From Myxococcota bacterium (lineage in GTDB: Bacteria > Myxococcota_A > UBA796 > SXON01): a stretch of 32,366 bases of DNA. Position 1 is the stretch's first letter. Every line of letters starts with the position of its first letter. Positions 1 to 9,386 of this stretch are shown here, one piece after another. The notes beneath the pieces were generated by a model that was not told the origin of the DNA, did no database searches, and was given only the letters and a program-made list of their open reading frames with translations. The translations under genes and the position numbers were made by a program. The stretch is from positions 1 through 32,366 of the forward strand of contig JAZKFH010000064.1 of assembly GCA_040386535.1 (NCBI GenBank). The letters run 5' to 3'.

Positions 1-326
1 ATGCCCCCCTCAACGCCGCTAAATCGGAGTCATGCCACCATGAACGCCGCTAAATTCAGTGCATTCCCGTCAAGTCAGGGCTTCCCACGGCTGCCACCAC
101 GGAACCAAGGGCGTTCTTCGGCAGCCCGCGAGGCGTCGCAGCCTCGATCCGAGCATTCAATCCGGCATGACTCCAGGCCGCGTGCATTCATGGGGACATG
201 ACCTATGACCCTGCGGTTGGGCCCTCACGGCCGCCCGCGATCGGGGCGTCGGCGGTGGGCTCGGAAAACCTCGGGAGCCACGGCCGCTGACCTGCACGGG
301 CGCCTGAGGGAAGTGCATAGGCACTG
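1..326. mobile_element. MITE copy 1 (left ~55 bp missing at window edge)
   Basis: Aligns to 27107-27431 with about 9 substitutions and 1 indel (~97% by hand count). Ends in the right TIR CTGAGGGAAGTGCATAGGCACTG (304-326), after which similarity stops. Confidence 0.85.
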
Positions 327-499
327 GGCGCTCATCCCGCCACTTTGGACGTTGGCCCTTACCTTGCCCTGGGATCATGCTCGGCGCGGCGGTCTCCAAC
401 TCGGCGTGCACGTCCAAGGAAAACGCCGAGCCCACCGGCCGCGGTCGGCGCCGCCCTGGGCGCCGAGGCACCGCGGCCAACGCCGGTCGCCCAAACAAC

Positions 500-1729
500 T
501 CACCTCACCACCCCCGTCCGCCCCCCCTTCCCCGCCTCCGCCAGCTCCCCCGTCCGCGCCGGCGTCCCCCAGCCCTTTGCGCCCGATGCAAGCCGCCACA
601 GTGCCACGAAAAAGACCACGAGCAGGAACCAGGGCCACAACAGCTGCCGGAGGGGCACGTGGCGCACCTCGCGGAGGTCCTCGCCGTCTACGAGGTAGGC
701 GCCGGCGGCCAGGGCGAGGTCGACCGCGAAGAGGCCCACGACACCGATCACCGCGGCCTCCCACCCCACCGCGCCGAGGATCGACGCCACGGCGGGCAGC
801 GACAATGGCACCAAGCCGTAGAACAGCACGTTGACGAGCAACAGATCGGGCATGCCGAACCAACCGAGCACGTCGCGGCGGAAGAAGGAGCGGCGGTGCT
901 TCCAGAGGCACTGGAGGTAGCCGCGGGCCCAGCGGGTGCGCTGGCGGAACAGGCCGGCGAGAGAGTCGGGGGACTCGGTGTAGGCGACCGCAGCGGGCTG
1001 GAAGACGATGCGTTTGCCGGCCTCGAGCAGGGACAGGGTCAGGTCGGTGTCCTCGACGACGGTGTCGGAGGAGAAGCCGCCCACGTCGACGAGGGTGTCG
1101 CGGCGGAAGGCGCACGCGGCGCCGGGGATCGTCGTGATGCAGCCGAGCGCGGCCTGGGCGCGGCGGTGCAGGTTGAGGCCGACCACGTACTCCAGGCTCT
1201 GCCAGAGGTTGATCCAACGCAGGCGGTTGCCGACCTTCACGTTGCTCGCCACCGCGTCGACGCCGGGGACGAGGAGGGGCGCGCAGAGGCGACGGAGGGC
1301 GTCGGGGTGGAGCAGGGTGTCGGCGTCGACAGTGACGATGTGGACGCCGGTGGCGACCGCGATGCCTGCGTTCAGCGCGGCCGACTTGCCGCCGTTCTGG
1401 GGCTGGATGACGGCGCGAACGGAGGGGTGCCTCGCGGCGAGGGCGCGGGCGATGGTGGCGGTGGTGTCGGTGCTGCCGTCGTCGACGAGGAGGATCTCGA
1501 GATCGGGGTGGTTCGAGGCGAGGAGGCTCGCCACGGTGCCCTCCAGCACGCGCTCTTCGTTGAACGCGGGCACGACGACCGAGGCGCGCGGCAGGTTCCC
1601 GTCGAGGGGCCACGGCGCGCGCCGCCGCCGCGCGAGCTCGACGGCCGCCGCGCCGAGGAGGAGCAGGAGCCGCAGGGTCAGGAGCGCGGAGATCGCGACG
1701 AGCAGGGCGCCCCAGGCGCCTACTTGCAC
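500..1729 (-). CDS. Processive glycosyltransferase family 2 (PgaC/IcaA/cellulose synthase-like), membrane-bound
   Basis: Motifs VVVPAFNEE, DDGS, GKS, DAD, TVVED and QRTRW (QxxRW); one N-terminal and several C-terminal hydrophobic helices. Start set at GTG 1729, which overlaps the stop of the upstream gene; the ORF-track extension to 2518 is an alternative frame of that gene. Confidence 0.9.
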   Translation of the reverse strand: MQVGAWGALLVAISALLTLRLLLLLGAAAVELARRRRAPWPLDGNLPRASVVVPAFNEERVLEGTVASLLASNHPDLEILLVDDGSTDTTATIARALAARHPSVRAVIQPQNGGKSAALNAGIAVATGVHIVTVDADTLLHPDALRRLCAPLLVPGVDAVASNVKVGNRLRWINLWQSLEYVVGLNLHRRAQAALGCITTIPGAACAFRRDTLVDVGGFSSDTVVEDTDLTLSLLEAGKRIVFQPAAVAYTESPDSLAGLFRQRTRWARGYLQCLWKHRRSFFRRDVLGWFGMPDLLLVNVLFYGLVPLSLPAVASILGAVGWEAAVIGVVGLFAVDLALAAGAYLVDGEDLREVRHVPLRQLLWPWFLLVVFFVALWRLASGAKGWGTPARTGELAEAGKGGRTGVVR

Positions 1730-2628
1730 ACCGGGCCGGGGGGGCATGCGGTCGCGGAGAGGCGCACGGCGAGGTCGGCGGCGGCCGCGGCGTCGTGACG
1801 CACGGTCACCTCGGCGCCGAGGGTGGCGGCGAGGCGCGAGGCGAGGGGGCCGTCGTGAACGTTCTTGTGCACGACTTCGCTGCTGGTGCCTGCGGCATCG
1901 GCACCGTCCGCCACGGCCCAGTCCGCGAGGGCGAACGTGGTGCCGAACCGCTGCTGCTCGGCGGTCCACACGGGCGCCATCGCGTCGGCCAGGGCCTTCT
2001 GCCGCTCGGGCGACATGGCGGCGGCCGCCACCTGCACCGTCATCGCGGCGGGGAGGAAGCGCTGGCGGCGGGGCGGGCTCGCGACGTAGGTGTCGACAGG
2101 CCAGGCGGCGAGCGACTCGTCGAGGACGAAGCCGAACATCTGGCAGCCGCTGCGGCTCGAATCGCACGGCTCGATCTTCTTGCCCCAGAGGCCGACGATG
2201 ACGACCTCCACGTCGGGGCCCACCTGCGACGAGAAGGTGAAGGGCTCGCCGAGGCGGCTGGGGAAGACCGTCTGCACGGCCATGTCGATCTCCTCGCCCT
2301 TCGAGGTGAGCACCGTGGCGCCGAGCCAGGTGTCGCCGAGGTGCGGCTGCGTGTGCGTGCCGCTCGAAGCGGGCGTGTGCTCGACCTGCACGCTCACCGT
2401 GACCACACCGTCGTCGTAGCGGAGCAGCGTGGGGTTCACGGCCCAGGCTTCGGGGATGGGCGTGCACTGCTCGGTGCGGCACGCGGCGAAGGCGTCGGCG
2501 GAGGCGGAGGCGGCGCACTGGGCCTTGATGCAGGCGGCTTCTGCCCCGGAGTACGCCGATTGATCGGGCGTGTAGGGGGGCGGCGGCGTCTCACAGGCGA
2601 GCAGGGACAGGAGGGGGAGTGCGAGCAT
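1720..2628 (-). CDS. Hypothetical lipoprotein (Cys-containing)
   Basis: Lipobox-like LLSLLAC; GC3-rich codons; stop overlaps the GT2 start (apparent translational coupling). Confidence 0.8.
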   Translation of the reverse strand: MLALPLLSLLACETPPPPYTPDQSAYSGAEAACIKAQCAASASADAFAACRTEQCTPIPEAWAVNPTLLRYDDGVVTVSVQVEHTPASSGTHTQPHLGDTWLGATVLTSKGEEIDMAVQTVFPSRLGEPFTFSSQVGPDVEVVIVGLWGKKIEPCDSSRSGCQMFGFVLDESLAAWPVDTYVASPPRRQRFLPAAMTVQVAAAAMSPERQKALADAMAPVWTAEQQRFGTTFALADWAVADGADAAGTSSEVVHKNVHDGPLASRLAATLGAEVTVRHDAAAAADLAVRLSATACPPGPVCK

Positions 2629-2824
2629 GGGCGGATCGCTATCGTCTTTGGCGGGCCCGTGGGCGCGCCTGGACGGTCGCGTGCCTTACGGCAGCCCGCC
2701 GGCCGCCGACGCGCACGGGATCGTCGGGCCCGCCGACGCGCGCGTGGAACGTGGATGCCTCGCGATCGTCACTGGGCCGCGCGGCTCTCCCGCGCCGCCG
2801 CTATAGTCGGGAGCGAGGCTCCCC

Positions 2825-4354
2825 ATGCTCCTCCTCCTGGCGCTCGCCGCGTGCACCTCGGCCCCGGACGACACCGACAAGCCCGACGACACCGACGTCG
2901 ACACCGATCCCGACACCGACACCGACGACACCGACACCGCCCCGCTCAACCAGCCGCCGACCGCCGCCGAGATCGTGATCTCGCCGAGCGCGCCCGCGGC
3001 CGGGACCGAGTTCGGCGTCGTCCTCGTGACCCCGTCGACGGATCCGGACGGCGATGCCGTCACCTACGGCTACGCGTGGACGGTCGACGGCGTGGCGGTC
3101 GCGCTCGACGGCCCCACCGTCCCCGTCGGGTCCGCGCGCTCCCCCGAGGTGTGGGGCGTCACGGTCACGCCGACCGACGGCACCGTCGCCGGCCCGGCGA
3201 GCACCGCCAGCGTGACCATCGGAAACTCGCCGCCCTCGGCCCCCGGCCTCTCGTTCAACCCGGCGGAGCCGCTCGAGGGCGAGTCCATCGAGCTCGTCTT
3301 CGATCCGGCGCCGATCGACCCCGACGGCGATCCGCTCACCGTCTCGATCACCTGGTACGACGACGAGTCGTTCGACGCGCGCCTGACCGACCTGATGCTC
3401 ATCGACGGCCGCTACGTCTCCAACAACGAGACCTTCCGCGCGGTCGTGTCGGTGACCGACGGTTTCAACGAGCCCGTTGTCACCGAGGCCAGCGTGCGGG
3501 TGTCCTATCGGTGCGACGCGCCGCCGGACGCGGCGCTTGAGCAGACCACGTTCAGCGAAGCCACGGCCTACCACGGCATCGGTTTCGACGACGACGGGAC
3601 CCTCATCGGCTGGGACGCGCGCAGCGCGCTCCTGAAGAGCACCTACGACGGCGGCTCCTCGGTGTTCCTCCCCGGGATGAGCGGCGTCCAGCAGATCGAC
3701 CGCCTCCCCGACGGGGACTTCGTCGTGGCGGACAGCAGCTACAATCGCCTCCTGCGCGTCACCTCCGCGGGCGGCAGTGAAACGCTCGCTTCCGACGTTG
3801 GCTACGTGTACGGCGTCACCGTCGGTCCCGACGGGGACGTGTGGGTGACCAACGGCGGGATCCTCCGGGTGGATGTCGAGACGGGCGCGGCGACCACGGT
3901 GCTGGCCTCCGGGAGCATCTCCGCGCACGTGGTCAACTTCAACCTGGACAGCACCGTGTTGTACATTGGCACCATCGGCTCGGGGGTGGTGTACTCGATG
4001 AACCTGGACGAGAACCTGAACGCCACCACGGAGCCGGCGGTGTTTGCCACAGGCGTCGGGTCTGGCTGGCACGACGGGCTCGAGCTCGACGAGTGCGGCA
4101 ACCTCTACGTGGCCGACTACTCCACCGGCGGGTTCTACCGCGTCACGAAGGAGGCCGTGGTCTCCGCCGTGGTCCCCGCGGACCGCACCGCGTACGGCCA
4201 CGGCACCACCTGGGGCCACGGCGTCGGCGGCTGGCGCGACGACGCGATCTACCAGCCCCAGCCCTACAACAACAACACCGTGCGCGAGGTCGTCATCGGC
4301 TTCCGTAGCGGTGACACCGTCCGCACGTGGAACGGAGAGCCGGCCCCATGGTGA
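2825..4354 (+). CDS. Lipoprotein: D/T linker, two Ig-like repeats, C-terminal SMP-30/gluconolactonase/NHL-like beta-propeller
   Basis: LALAAC lipobox; DTD linker; two NxPP...DPDGD.(V/L)T modules; propeller blades such as GVTVGPDGDVWV and DGLELDECGNLYVAD. Confidence 0.85.
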   Translation: MLLLLALAACTSAPDDTDKPDDTDVDTDPDTDTDDTDTAPLNQPPTAAEIVISPSAPAAGTEFGVVLVTPSTDPDGDAVTYGYAWTVDGVAVALDGPTVPVGSARSPEVWGVTVTPTDGTVAGPASTASVTIGNSPPSAPGLSFNPAEPLEGESIELVFDPAPIDPDGDPLTVSITWYDDESFDARLTDLMLIDGRYVSNNETFRAVVSVTDGFNEPVVTEASVRVSYRCDAPPDAALEQTTFSEATAYHGIGFDDDGTLIGWDARSALLKSTYDGGSSVFLPGMSGVQQIDRLPDGDFVVADSSYNRLLRVTSAGGSETLASDVGYVYGVTVGPDGDVWVTNGGILRVDVETGAATTVLASGSISAHVVNFNLDSTVLYIGTIGSGVVYSMNLDENLNATTEPAVFATGVGSGWHDGLELDECGNLYVADYSTGGFYRVTKEAVVSAVVPADRTAYGHGTTWGHGVGGWRDDAIYQPQPYNNNTVREVVIGFRSGDTVRTWNGEPAPW

Positions 4355-5931
4355 CCTCCCTGCTTTTCCTGACATTCGCCGCCTGCACCCCGAAGGGCGT
4401 GCTCGACACCGGCACGGAGCCGGAGGTGCCGGACTTCGACACCGATCGGCCCGACACCGACACGGACGACACCGACATCGACACCGATCTGGACGACACC
4501 GGAGATGGCCCGGTGAACCGGGCGCCGACCGCCCCGACCATCGTCCTGTCGCCCACGAATCCGGACGCCGGCGAGGATTTCAGCGTGGTGATGATCACGC
4601 CCTCGACCGATCCCGACGGCGACGACATCACGTACGACTACGCCTGGACGTTGGACGGCGCCCCGGTCGAGGTCTCCGGCGGCGTGGTGTCCGGCGCCAC
4701 GACGGTGCAGGACCAGGTCTGGACGGTCGCCGTGACCCCCACCGACGGCACGCTCGCCGGGCCGGCGGGCACCGCCTCCGCCACGCTCGGCAACGCCGCG
4801 CCCATCGCGCCCGGCGTCGCCTTCAGCCCCGCGGCGGTGGGTCCCGGCGACGACATCGGGCTCGTCCTCGACCCGGCGCCCTCCGATCCCGAAGGGGATC
4901 CGCTCACGGTCTCGATCCGGTGGTTCGACGACGGGTTCCTCGTCCCGTCCCTCAACGATCTGTACACCGTGCCCGGGAGCCAGGTCGAGCTCGGGGAGAC
5001 CTTCCGCGTGGTCGTGTCGGTGACAGACGAATTCCACACCACCGCCGTCACGGCCGAAGCCAGCCTGCTCATCGAGACGCAGTGCGACGACATCCTGCCG
5101 TTCAACACCGGTGACACGACGTTGTCCGACGCGCGCGGCTACCACGGGCTCGCGTTCGACGGCAGCGACGGGACCGTGCTCGGCTTCGACGGATCCTCGC
5201 TGATCAGGAGCACGTACGACGGCGCGCGCTCGGTGTTCCTCCCCGGTCTGTCCGGCATCCAACAGATGGATTGGCTCCCCGACGGAGACCTGGTGTTGGG
5301 TGACAGCACCAACAGCCGCCTCCTCCGTGTCACCTCCAGCGGCGGCAGCAGCACGCTCTCGGCGTCGGTAGGCTACGTCTACGGCGTGGTGACCGGGCCC
5401 GACGGAAACGTGTACGTGGCCAACGGAACCGCGGTGCTCCGGGTGGACGCGGAGACCGGCGAGACCACTACGCTCGTGACCGCCAGCGGGTGGTCCGCGC
5501 ACTCGCTCAACTTCAACCTCGACAGTACCGTGATGTACATCGGCAGCATCGGCTCCGGTGGCATCGTGTACTACGTGACGCTCGACGAGGATCTGAACGC
5601 CACCTCCGAGCCGATGGTGTACGCCTCCGGGGTGGGCGGCGGCTACCACGACGGGCTCGAGGTCGACGCGTGCGGCAACCTCTACGTGGCCGACTACTCC
5701 ACGCGGGGCTTCTACCGGGTCGAGTTGGATGGCACGGTCACCAGCTTCTCCGACATCGTGTCCGAGCTGTACGGCCACGGCGCGGTGTGGGGCAACGGGG
5801 TTGGCGGTTGGCGGGACGACGCCATCTACCAACCCCAGCCGTACAACGGAAACACCGTGCGCGAGATCGTGATCGGGTTCGGCAGCGGCGACAAGGTGCG
5901 CACGTGGAACGGGGTGGCGGCGCCCTGGTAG
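4348..5931 (+). CDS. Tandem paralog of the upstream beta-propeller lipoprotein
   Basis: ATG 4348 overlaps the upstream stop; LTFAAC lipobox; same domain order with shared blocks (SVFLPG, NFNLDSTV, CGNLYVADYST, GGWRDDAIYQPQPYN, VRTWNG). Confidence 0.85.
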   Translation: MVTSLLFLTFAACTPKGVLDTGTEPEVPDFDTDRPDTDTDDTDIDTDLDDTGDGPVNRAPTAPTIVLSPTNPDAGEDFSVVMITPSTDPDGDDITYDYAWTLDGAPVEVSGGVVSGATTVQDQVWTVAVTPTDGTLAGPAGTASATLGNAAPIAPGVAFSPAAVGPGDDIGLVLDPAPSDPEGDPLTVSIRWFDDGFLVPSLNDLYTVPGSQVELGETFRVVVSVTDEFHTTAVTAEASLLIETQCDDILPFNTGDTTLSDARGYHGLAFDGSDGTVLGFDGSSLIRSTYDGARSVFLPGLSGIQQMDWLPDGDLVLGDSTNSRLLRVTSSGGSSTLSASVGYVYGVVTGPDGNVYVANGTAVLRVDAETGETTTLVTASGWSAHSLNFNLDSTVMYIGSIGSGGIVYYVTLDEDLNATSEPMVYASGVGGGYHDGLEVDACGNLYVADYSTRGFYRVELDGTVTSFSDIVSELYGHGAVWGNGVGGWRDDAIYQPQPYNGNTVREIVIGFGSGDKVRTWNGVAAPW

Positions 5932-5956
5932 GCGGCGGGCGCCCGACGGCCGGCCG

Positions 5957-8188
5957 TCAGAACCCCCCGCCCGCCAACAGATAGAGCACACCCGTCCCCA
6001 CCGCCTCGCCGTCGTCACCGGGCGCGCCCACGATGGGGTCGTCCGCGCCGTCGCCGTCGAGGTCGGCGCTGGTCACCGACCAGCCCGCGTAGTCCACGTT
6101 GGCCGCGCCGGTGAACGTCACGTCCGCGGCGGTCACATACTCGGTGCCCGCGTGGGGCCCGTAGAACAGGAAGGCCGCGCCCTCGCCGCCGTCGCCGTAG
6201 TAGGCGGCGCCGAGCATCACGTCGGTCGCGTCGTCGAGCCCGTCGAAGTCGCCGAACGTGATCTGCTCGTTCCCGAGGTAGGACGAGGTCTCGTCCGACA
6301 TCAGGCTCCACACGATGTCGGCGCTGGTGAAGCTGCCCGAGGACGGCACGTGGACGGCCTGCACCGAGCTGTAGCTGGAGCTGGGTGCGGTCAACACGAG
6401 GTCGGCCGTACCGTCGCCGTCGAGGTCGGGGGCGATCTGCATCGTGCCGAACACGTAGGAGGAGCCCAGGGCGCCCCACGCATCGGCGTCCTCGTCGGCG
6501 TTCAGATCTCCCACCGGCCCGAAGAACACCTCCGTCGTCGCCTGCCAACTGCCGGTGTAGCGAGCGGTGGTGTCATAGAGCACCAGGTCGTCGAAACCGT
6601 CGCCGTCGAGATCCCCGGCGTCCGCGCGGTAGGCGTTGGCCCGCGTGAGCGCGGTGTCGGCGTCCGCGGTGTCGTAGGTGCCGGCGGTGAGCGGCCCGTG
6701 GAAGATCGCGTAGGTGTCGACGTCGTCACACACCCCGCCGAGGTCGTCGTAGCCGTCGCCGTCGAGGTCGCCGATGACCACCGCCTCGCTCGGGTAGGTG
6801 CACGCGCTGGTCACGGGCGCATCCGCGACCGTATCGCCCGCGGAGACGCCGTCGGTGAACACGTAGGTGTCGCGCGTGCCGCCCGATTCGTAGTCGTCCA
6901 CGCTGAGCACGAGCTCGGGGAGGCCGTCGCCGTCGAGATCGCCGTGGCCGTCGCCGACCACCGACGAGCCGAAGCGGTCCATGGTGCCGGTGCCCGTCAG
7001 GTCGGTCCGCGCGTCGGCGTAGGTCAGATCCCCCGTGCCTCGCACGGACACCAGCCAGAACGACGTGCGGAGGGAGTCCTGGACGATGAGCTCCTGCACG
7101 CCGTCGCCCTCGAGATCTCCGACCGCCCACCCGTAGCCGACCTCCGTGTCGGTGTTGCCGAGCACGCGCCCGGTGCCGGTCGACGGCGAGAACGTCTCGT
7201 CCGAGAGGCCACACGCGGGGCCGGGCGAGCCGTCGCAGTCGCCGTCCTTGCCGTCGTCGCAGACCTCGACCCCGCCGGGGAGCACGCCAGGATCGGTGTC
7301 GTCGCAGTCGCTGGCGGCGAGCGTGTAGCCAGAGGGCTCGGCGCAGCCCTCGACGGTACTCTCCGGGTCGCCCCAGCCGTCCCGGTCGTCGTCGCGGTAC
7401 CAGGTGAGCAGCACGTCGGTCGACATCGACGGATCCGCGTCGTCCACGAGGCCGTCGCAGTCCTCGTCGCCGCCGGCGTCGCACACCTCCTGGCCGCCCG
7501 GATTGGTGTAGCGGTCGCGGTCATCGCAGTCGTCGTCGTTGGTGACCGACCCGTCGGGCACGACACAGGCGGGGGTGAGGGCTGCCGGGTCGCCGTAGCC
7601 GTCGCCGTCGGCGTCGGACCAGGAATCGTTCAGGACCGCGTTGGGATCGGCCTCGTTCACCAGGCCGTCGCAGTCCTCGTCCATGTTGTCGCCGTCGCAC
7701 ACCTCGGCCGCGCCCGGGTTCACCGTGGGGTCGCGGTCCGAGCAGTCGCCGCCGACCGCCGAGTAGCCCTCGGGCGGATCGCAGGCGGAGAGGTTGTCGA
7801 AGCCGCCCGCGTAGCCGTCGCCGTCCGCGTCCGCGAAGAACACCGACTCGCCCTGGGCGCCCGCCTCGTCCGCCGCGCCGTCGCAATTCTCGTCGACATC
7901 GGCGTCGTCGCACACCTCGGGGGCGCCCGGATTCACGCTCGCGTCGTCGTCGTCGCAATCGTCGGGGGTGAACCAGGCGTCCCCGTCGGCGTCGGTGGGC
8001 CGGGTGTCGGTGTCCTCCACGTCGGTGTCGTCGGTGTCGTCGGTGTCGTCGGTGTCGTCGGTGTCGTCGGTGTCCTCGGTGTCGTCGGTGTCCCCGGGCT
8101 TGTCGTCAGCGGGGGCGCCGGTGCAGGCGGCGAGGAGGAGGACGGAGAGCAGACGCTTTGGAAGGAGGCGCGTGGGGAGGAGCAACAT
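5957..8188 (-). CDS. Lipoprotein with MopE-related putative metal-binding repeats and FG-GAP (integrin-alpha-like) repeats
   Basis: LLLAAC lipobox; four DxDGDG...DCDD...PG.EVCD...DCDG repeats; several GDLDGDG.DDL motifs; ends with IVGAPG...G.LYLL. Confidence 0.9.
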   Translation of the reverse strand: MLLLPTRLLPKRLLSVLLLAACTGAPADDKPGDTDDTEDTDDTDDTDDTDDTDDTDVEDTDTRPTDADGDAWFTPDDCDDDDASVNPGAPEVCDDADVDENCDGAADEAGAQGESVFFADADGDGYAGGFDNLSACDPPEGYSAVGGDCSDRDPTVNPGAAEVCDGDNMDEDCDGLVNEADPNAVLNDSWSDADGDGYGDPAALTPACVVPDGSVTNDDDCDDRDRYTNPGGQEVCDAGGDEDCDGLVDDADPSMSTDVLLTWYRDDDRDGWGDPESTVEGCAEPSGYTLAASDCDDTDPGVLPGGVEVCDDGKDGDCDGSPGPACGLSDETFSPSTGTGRVLGNTDTEVGYGWAVGDLEGDGVQELIVQDSLRTSFWLVSVRGTGDLTYADARTDLTGTGTMDRFGSSVVGDGHGDLDGDGLPELVLSVDDYESGGTRDTYVFTDGVSAGDTVADAPVTSACTYPSEAVVIGDLDGDGYDDLGGVCDDVDTYAIFHGPLTAGTYDTADADTALTRANAYRADAGDLDGDGFDDLVLYDTTARYTGSWQATTEVFFGPVGDLNADEDADAWGALGSSYVFGTMQIAPDLDGDGTADLVLTAPSSSYSSVQAVHVPSSGSFTSADIVWSLMSDETSSYLGNEQITFGDFDGLDDATDVMLGAAYYGDGGEGAAFLFYGPHAGTEYVTAADVTFTGAANVDYAGWSVTSADLDGDGADDPIVGAPGDDGEAVGTGVLYLLAGGGF
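8021..8092. repeat. 9-bp tandem repeat (GTCGGTGTC)x8 encoding (DTD)n linker
   Basis: Eight consecutive units, one variant (CTCGGTGTC at 8075-8083). Confidence 0.95.
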
Positions 8189-8193
8189 GCGCC

Positions 8194-8199
8194 ACTGTA
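8194..8199 (-). promoter_or_regulatory. -10 hexamer TACAGT, probable leaderless promoter
   Basis: 5 nt upstream of ATG 8188; no SD sequence. Confidence 0.5.
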
Positions 8200-8241
8200 C
8201 GTCGGACGGGGGTGTAAACTTCGGGCTATCCTCGGAGCGCC

Positions 8242-9384
8242 ATGCTGCTGCTCGTCTTCACCGCCGCCGCCGCCGACCTCTCTTGGACGTGCAACCCCAT
8301 CGCCACGCCCGCGGATGCCCACCCCTACATGTTCGCCTCGGTCGACGGGGGCCAGGAGGTGCTCGACGAGGTGCTCGCCTGGGTCGACTGCACCACCACG
8401 ACTTGCGCCGAGATCAGCACCGACTCCGTCCTGTGTGAGGAGGCCGCGTGCACGACCGCGGCAGGCGCGTGGGTGGAGTACCGGTACGAGGAGGTGCACT
8501 ACAACGACGGCATCATGGAGTTCGAGGAGGCGACCACCACCGTGCACGTCGAGCCGGCCGACGCGGACTGGAGCAGCGCGGATGCCACGTTCACGTCGTA
8601 CCGGGGCGGGTCGGGGAGCACGGACGGACGGTCCGAGCGTTGGGACGTGGCGTGGGTCGGGATGCTGCGCGCCGATTGGCCGGTCGATGGGTACGTGTAC
8701 GCGCTCGACTCGTCCTCCAGTGGGTACATCTCCAGTGACAGCTGGGCGTGGAGCGATCCGGCGTGCACGTGGACCGCGAACACGAACAGCGACGCCAGCA
8801 TGGTGACCGTGAACGGGACGGACGTGGAGGTGTACGTCTCCATGGCGTGTGACGGATACGACCTGTTCGCCTACATCGACGGGGCGGTGGTCGGCCCGGT
8901 GGGCGCGGGTTGGTTGCCGAACGGCGCCGACGCCGATCTCGACGGGTGGGGTGACGAGGACGAGTGTGACGACACGAACCCCGGCGCCAACCCCTGCATG
9001 ACGGAGATCGCGTGTGACGGCGTCGATCAGGATTGTGACGGGGCGGATGAGGGGGAGTGTGACACGGGGGCGGATACCGGCGCGGACACGGGCGTCGATA
9101 CGGGTGTCGACATCGATACGGCCGATCCGGATGACACGGCCACCGATACCGACACCGACACGGTGGACACCGACACCGTAGACACCGACACCGTAGACAC
9201 CGACACCGCTACGGTCGACACGGACACCGCCCCCGCCGATACAGCCGCCGCGGACACCGACCCCAGCGGGCCCTCCGCGCCCGAGACCGGGTGTGGCGGC
9301 GGCGCCGCACTCTTCCTGTTCGTGCCGCTGCTTGCTCGCGGTGCCCGGTCGCCGCGCGCCCGCCGTGGCTCCCACTCGCGCTGA
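8242..9384 (+). CDS. Secreted protein with one metal-binding repeat, D/T stalk and MYXO-CTERM-like C-terminal anchor
   Basis: Signal-like MLLLVFTAAAA; DADLDGWG...ECDD...CDGVDQDCDG; DTDTV repeats; C-terminus GCGGG, hydrophobic AALFLFVPLL and an Arg-rich tail. Confidence 0.8.
   Translation: MLLLVFTAAAADLSWTCNPIATPADAHPYMFASVDGGQEVLDEVLAWVDCTTTTCAEISTDSVLCEEAACTTAAGAWVEYRYEEVHYNDGIMEFEEATTTVHVEPADADWSSADATFTSYRGGSGSTDGRSERWDVAWVGMLRADWPVDGYVYALDSSSSGYISSDSWAWSDPACTWTANTNSDASMVTVNGTDVEVYVSMACDGYDLFAYIDGAVVGPVGAGWLPNGADADLDGWGDEDECDDTNPGANPCMTEIACDGVDQDCDGADEGECDTGADTGADTGVDTGVDIDTADPDDTATDTDTDTVDTDTVDTDTVDTDTATVDTDTAPADTAAADTDPSGPSAPETGCGGGAALFLFVPLLARGARSPRARRGSHSR
9151..9210. repeat. 15-bp tandem repeat x4 (consensus GACACCGACACCGTA) encoding DTDTV
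   Basis: Units start at 9151, 9166, 9181 and 9196. Confidence 0.9.
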
Positions 9385-9386
9385 TC

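Noticed and set aside
1..834. ORFs 1..201, 205..834, 26912..27313 and the 27310 extension of the ferritin-like ORF
   Set aside because: They read through the non-coding MITE; an indel between copies changes the frame; no protein motifs.
2825..5931. Diversity-generating retroelement template/variable repeat pair
   Set aside because: Similarity spans whole paralogous genes with many synonymous differences, not adenine-specific changes, and there is no reverse transcriptase.
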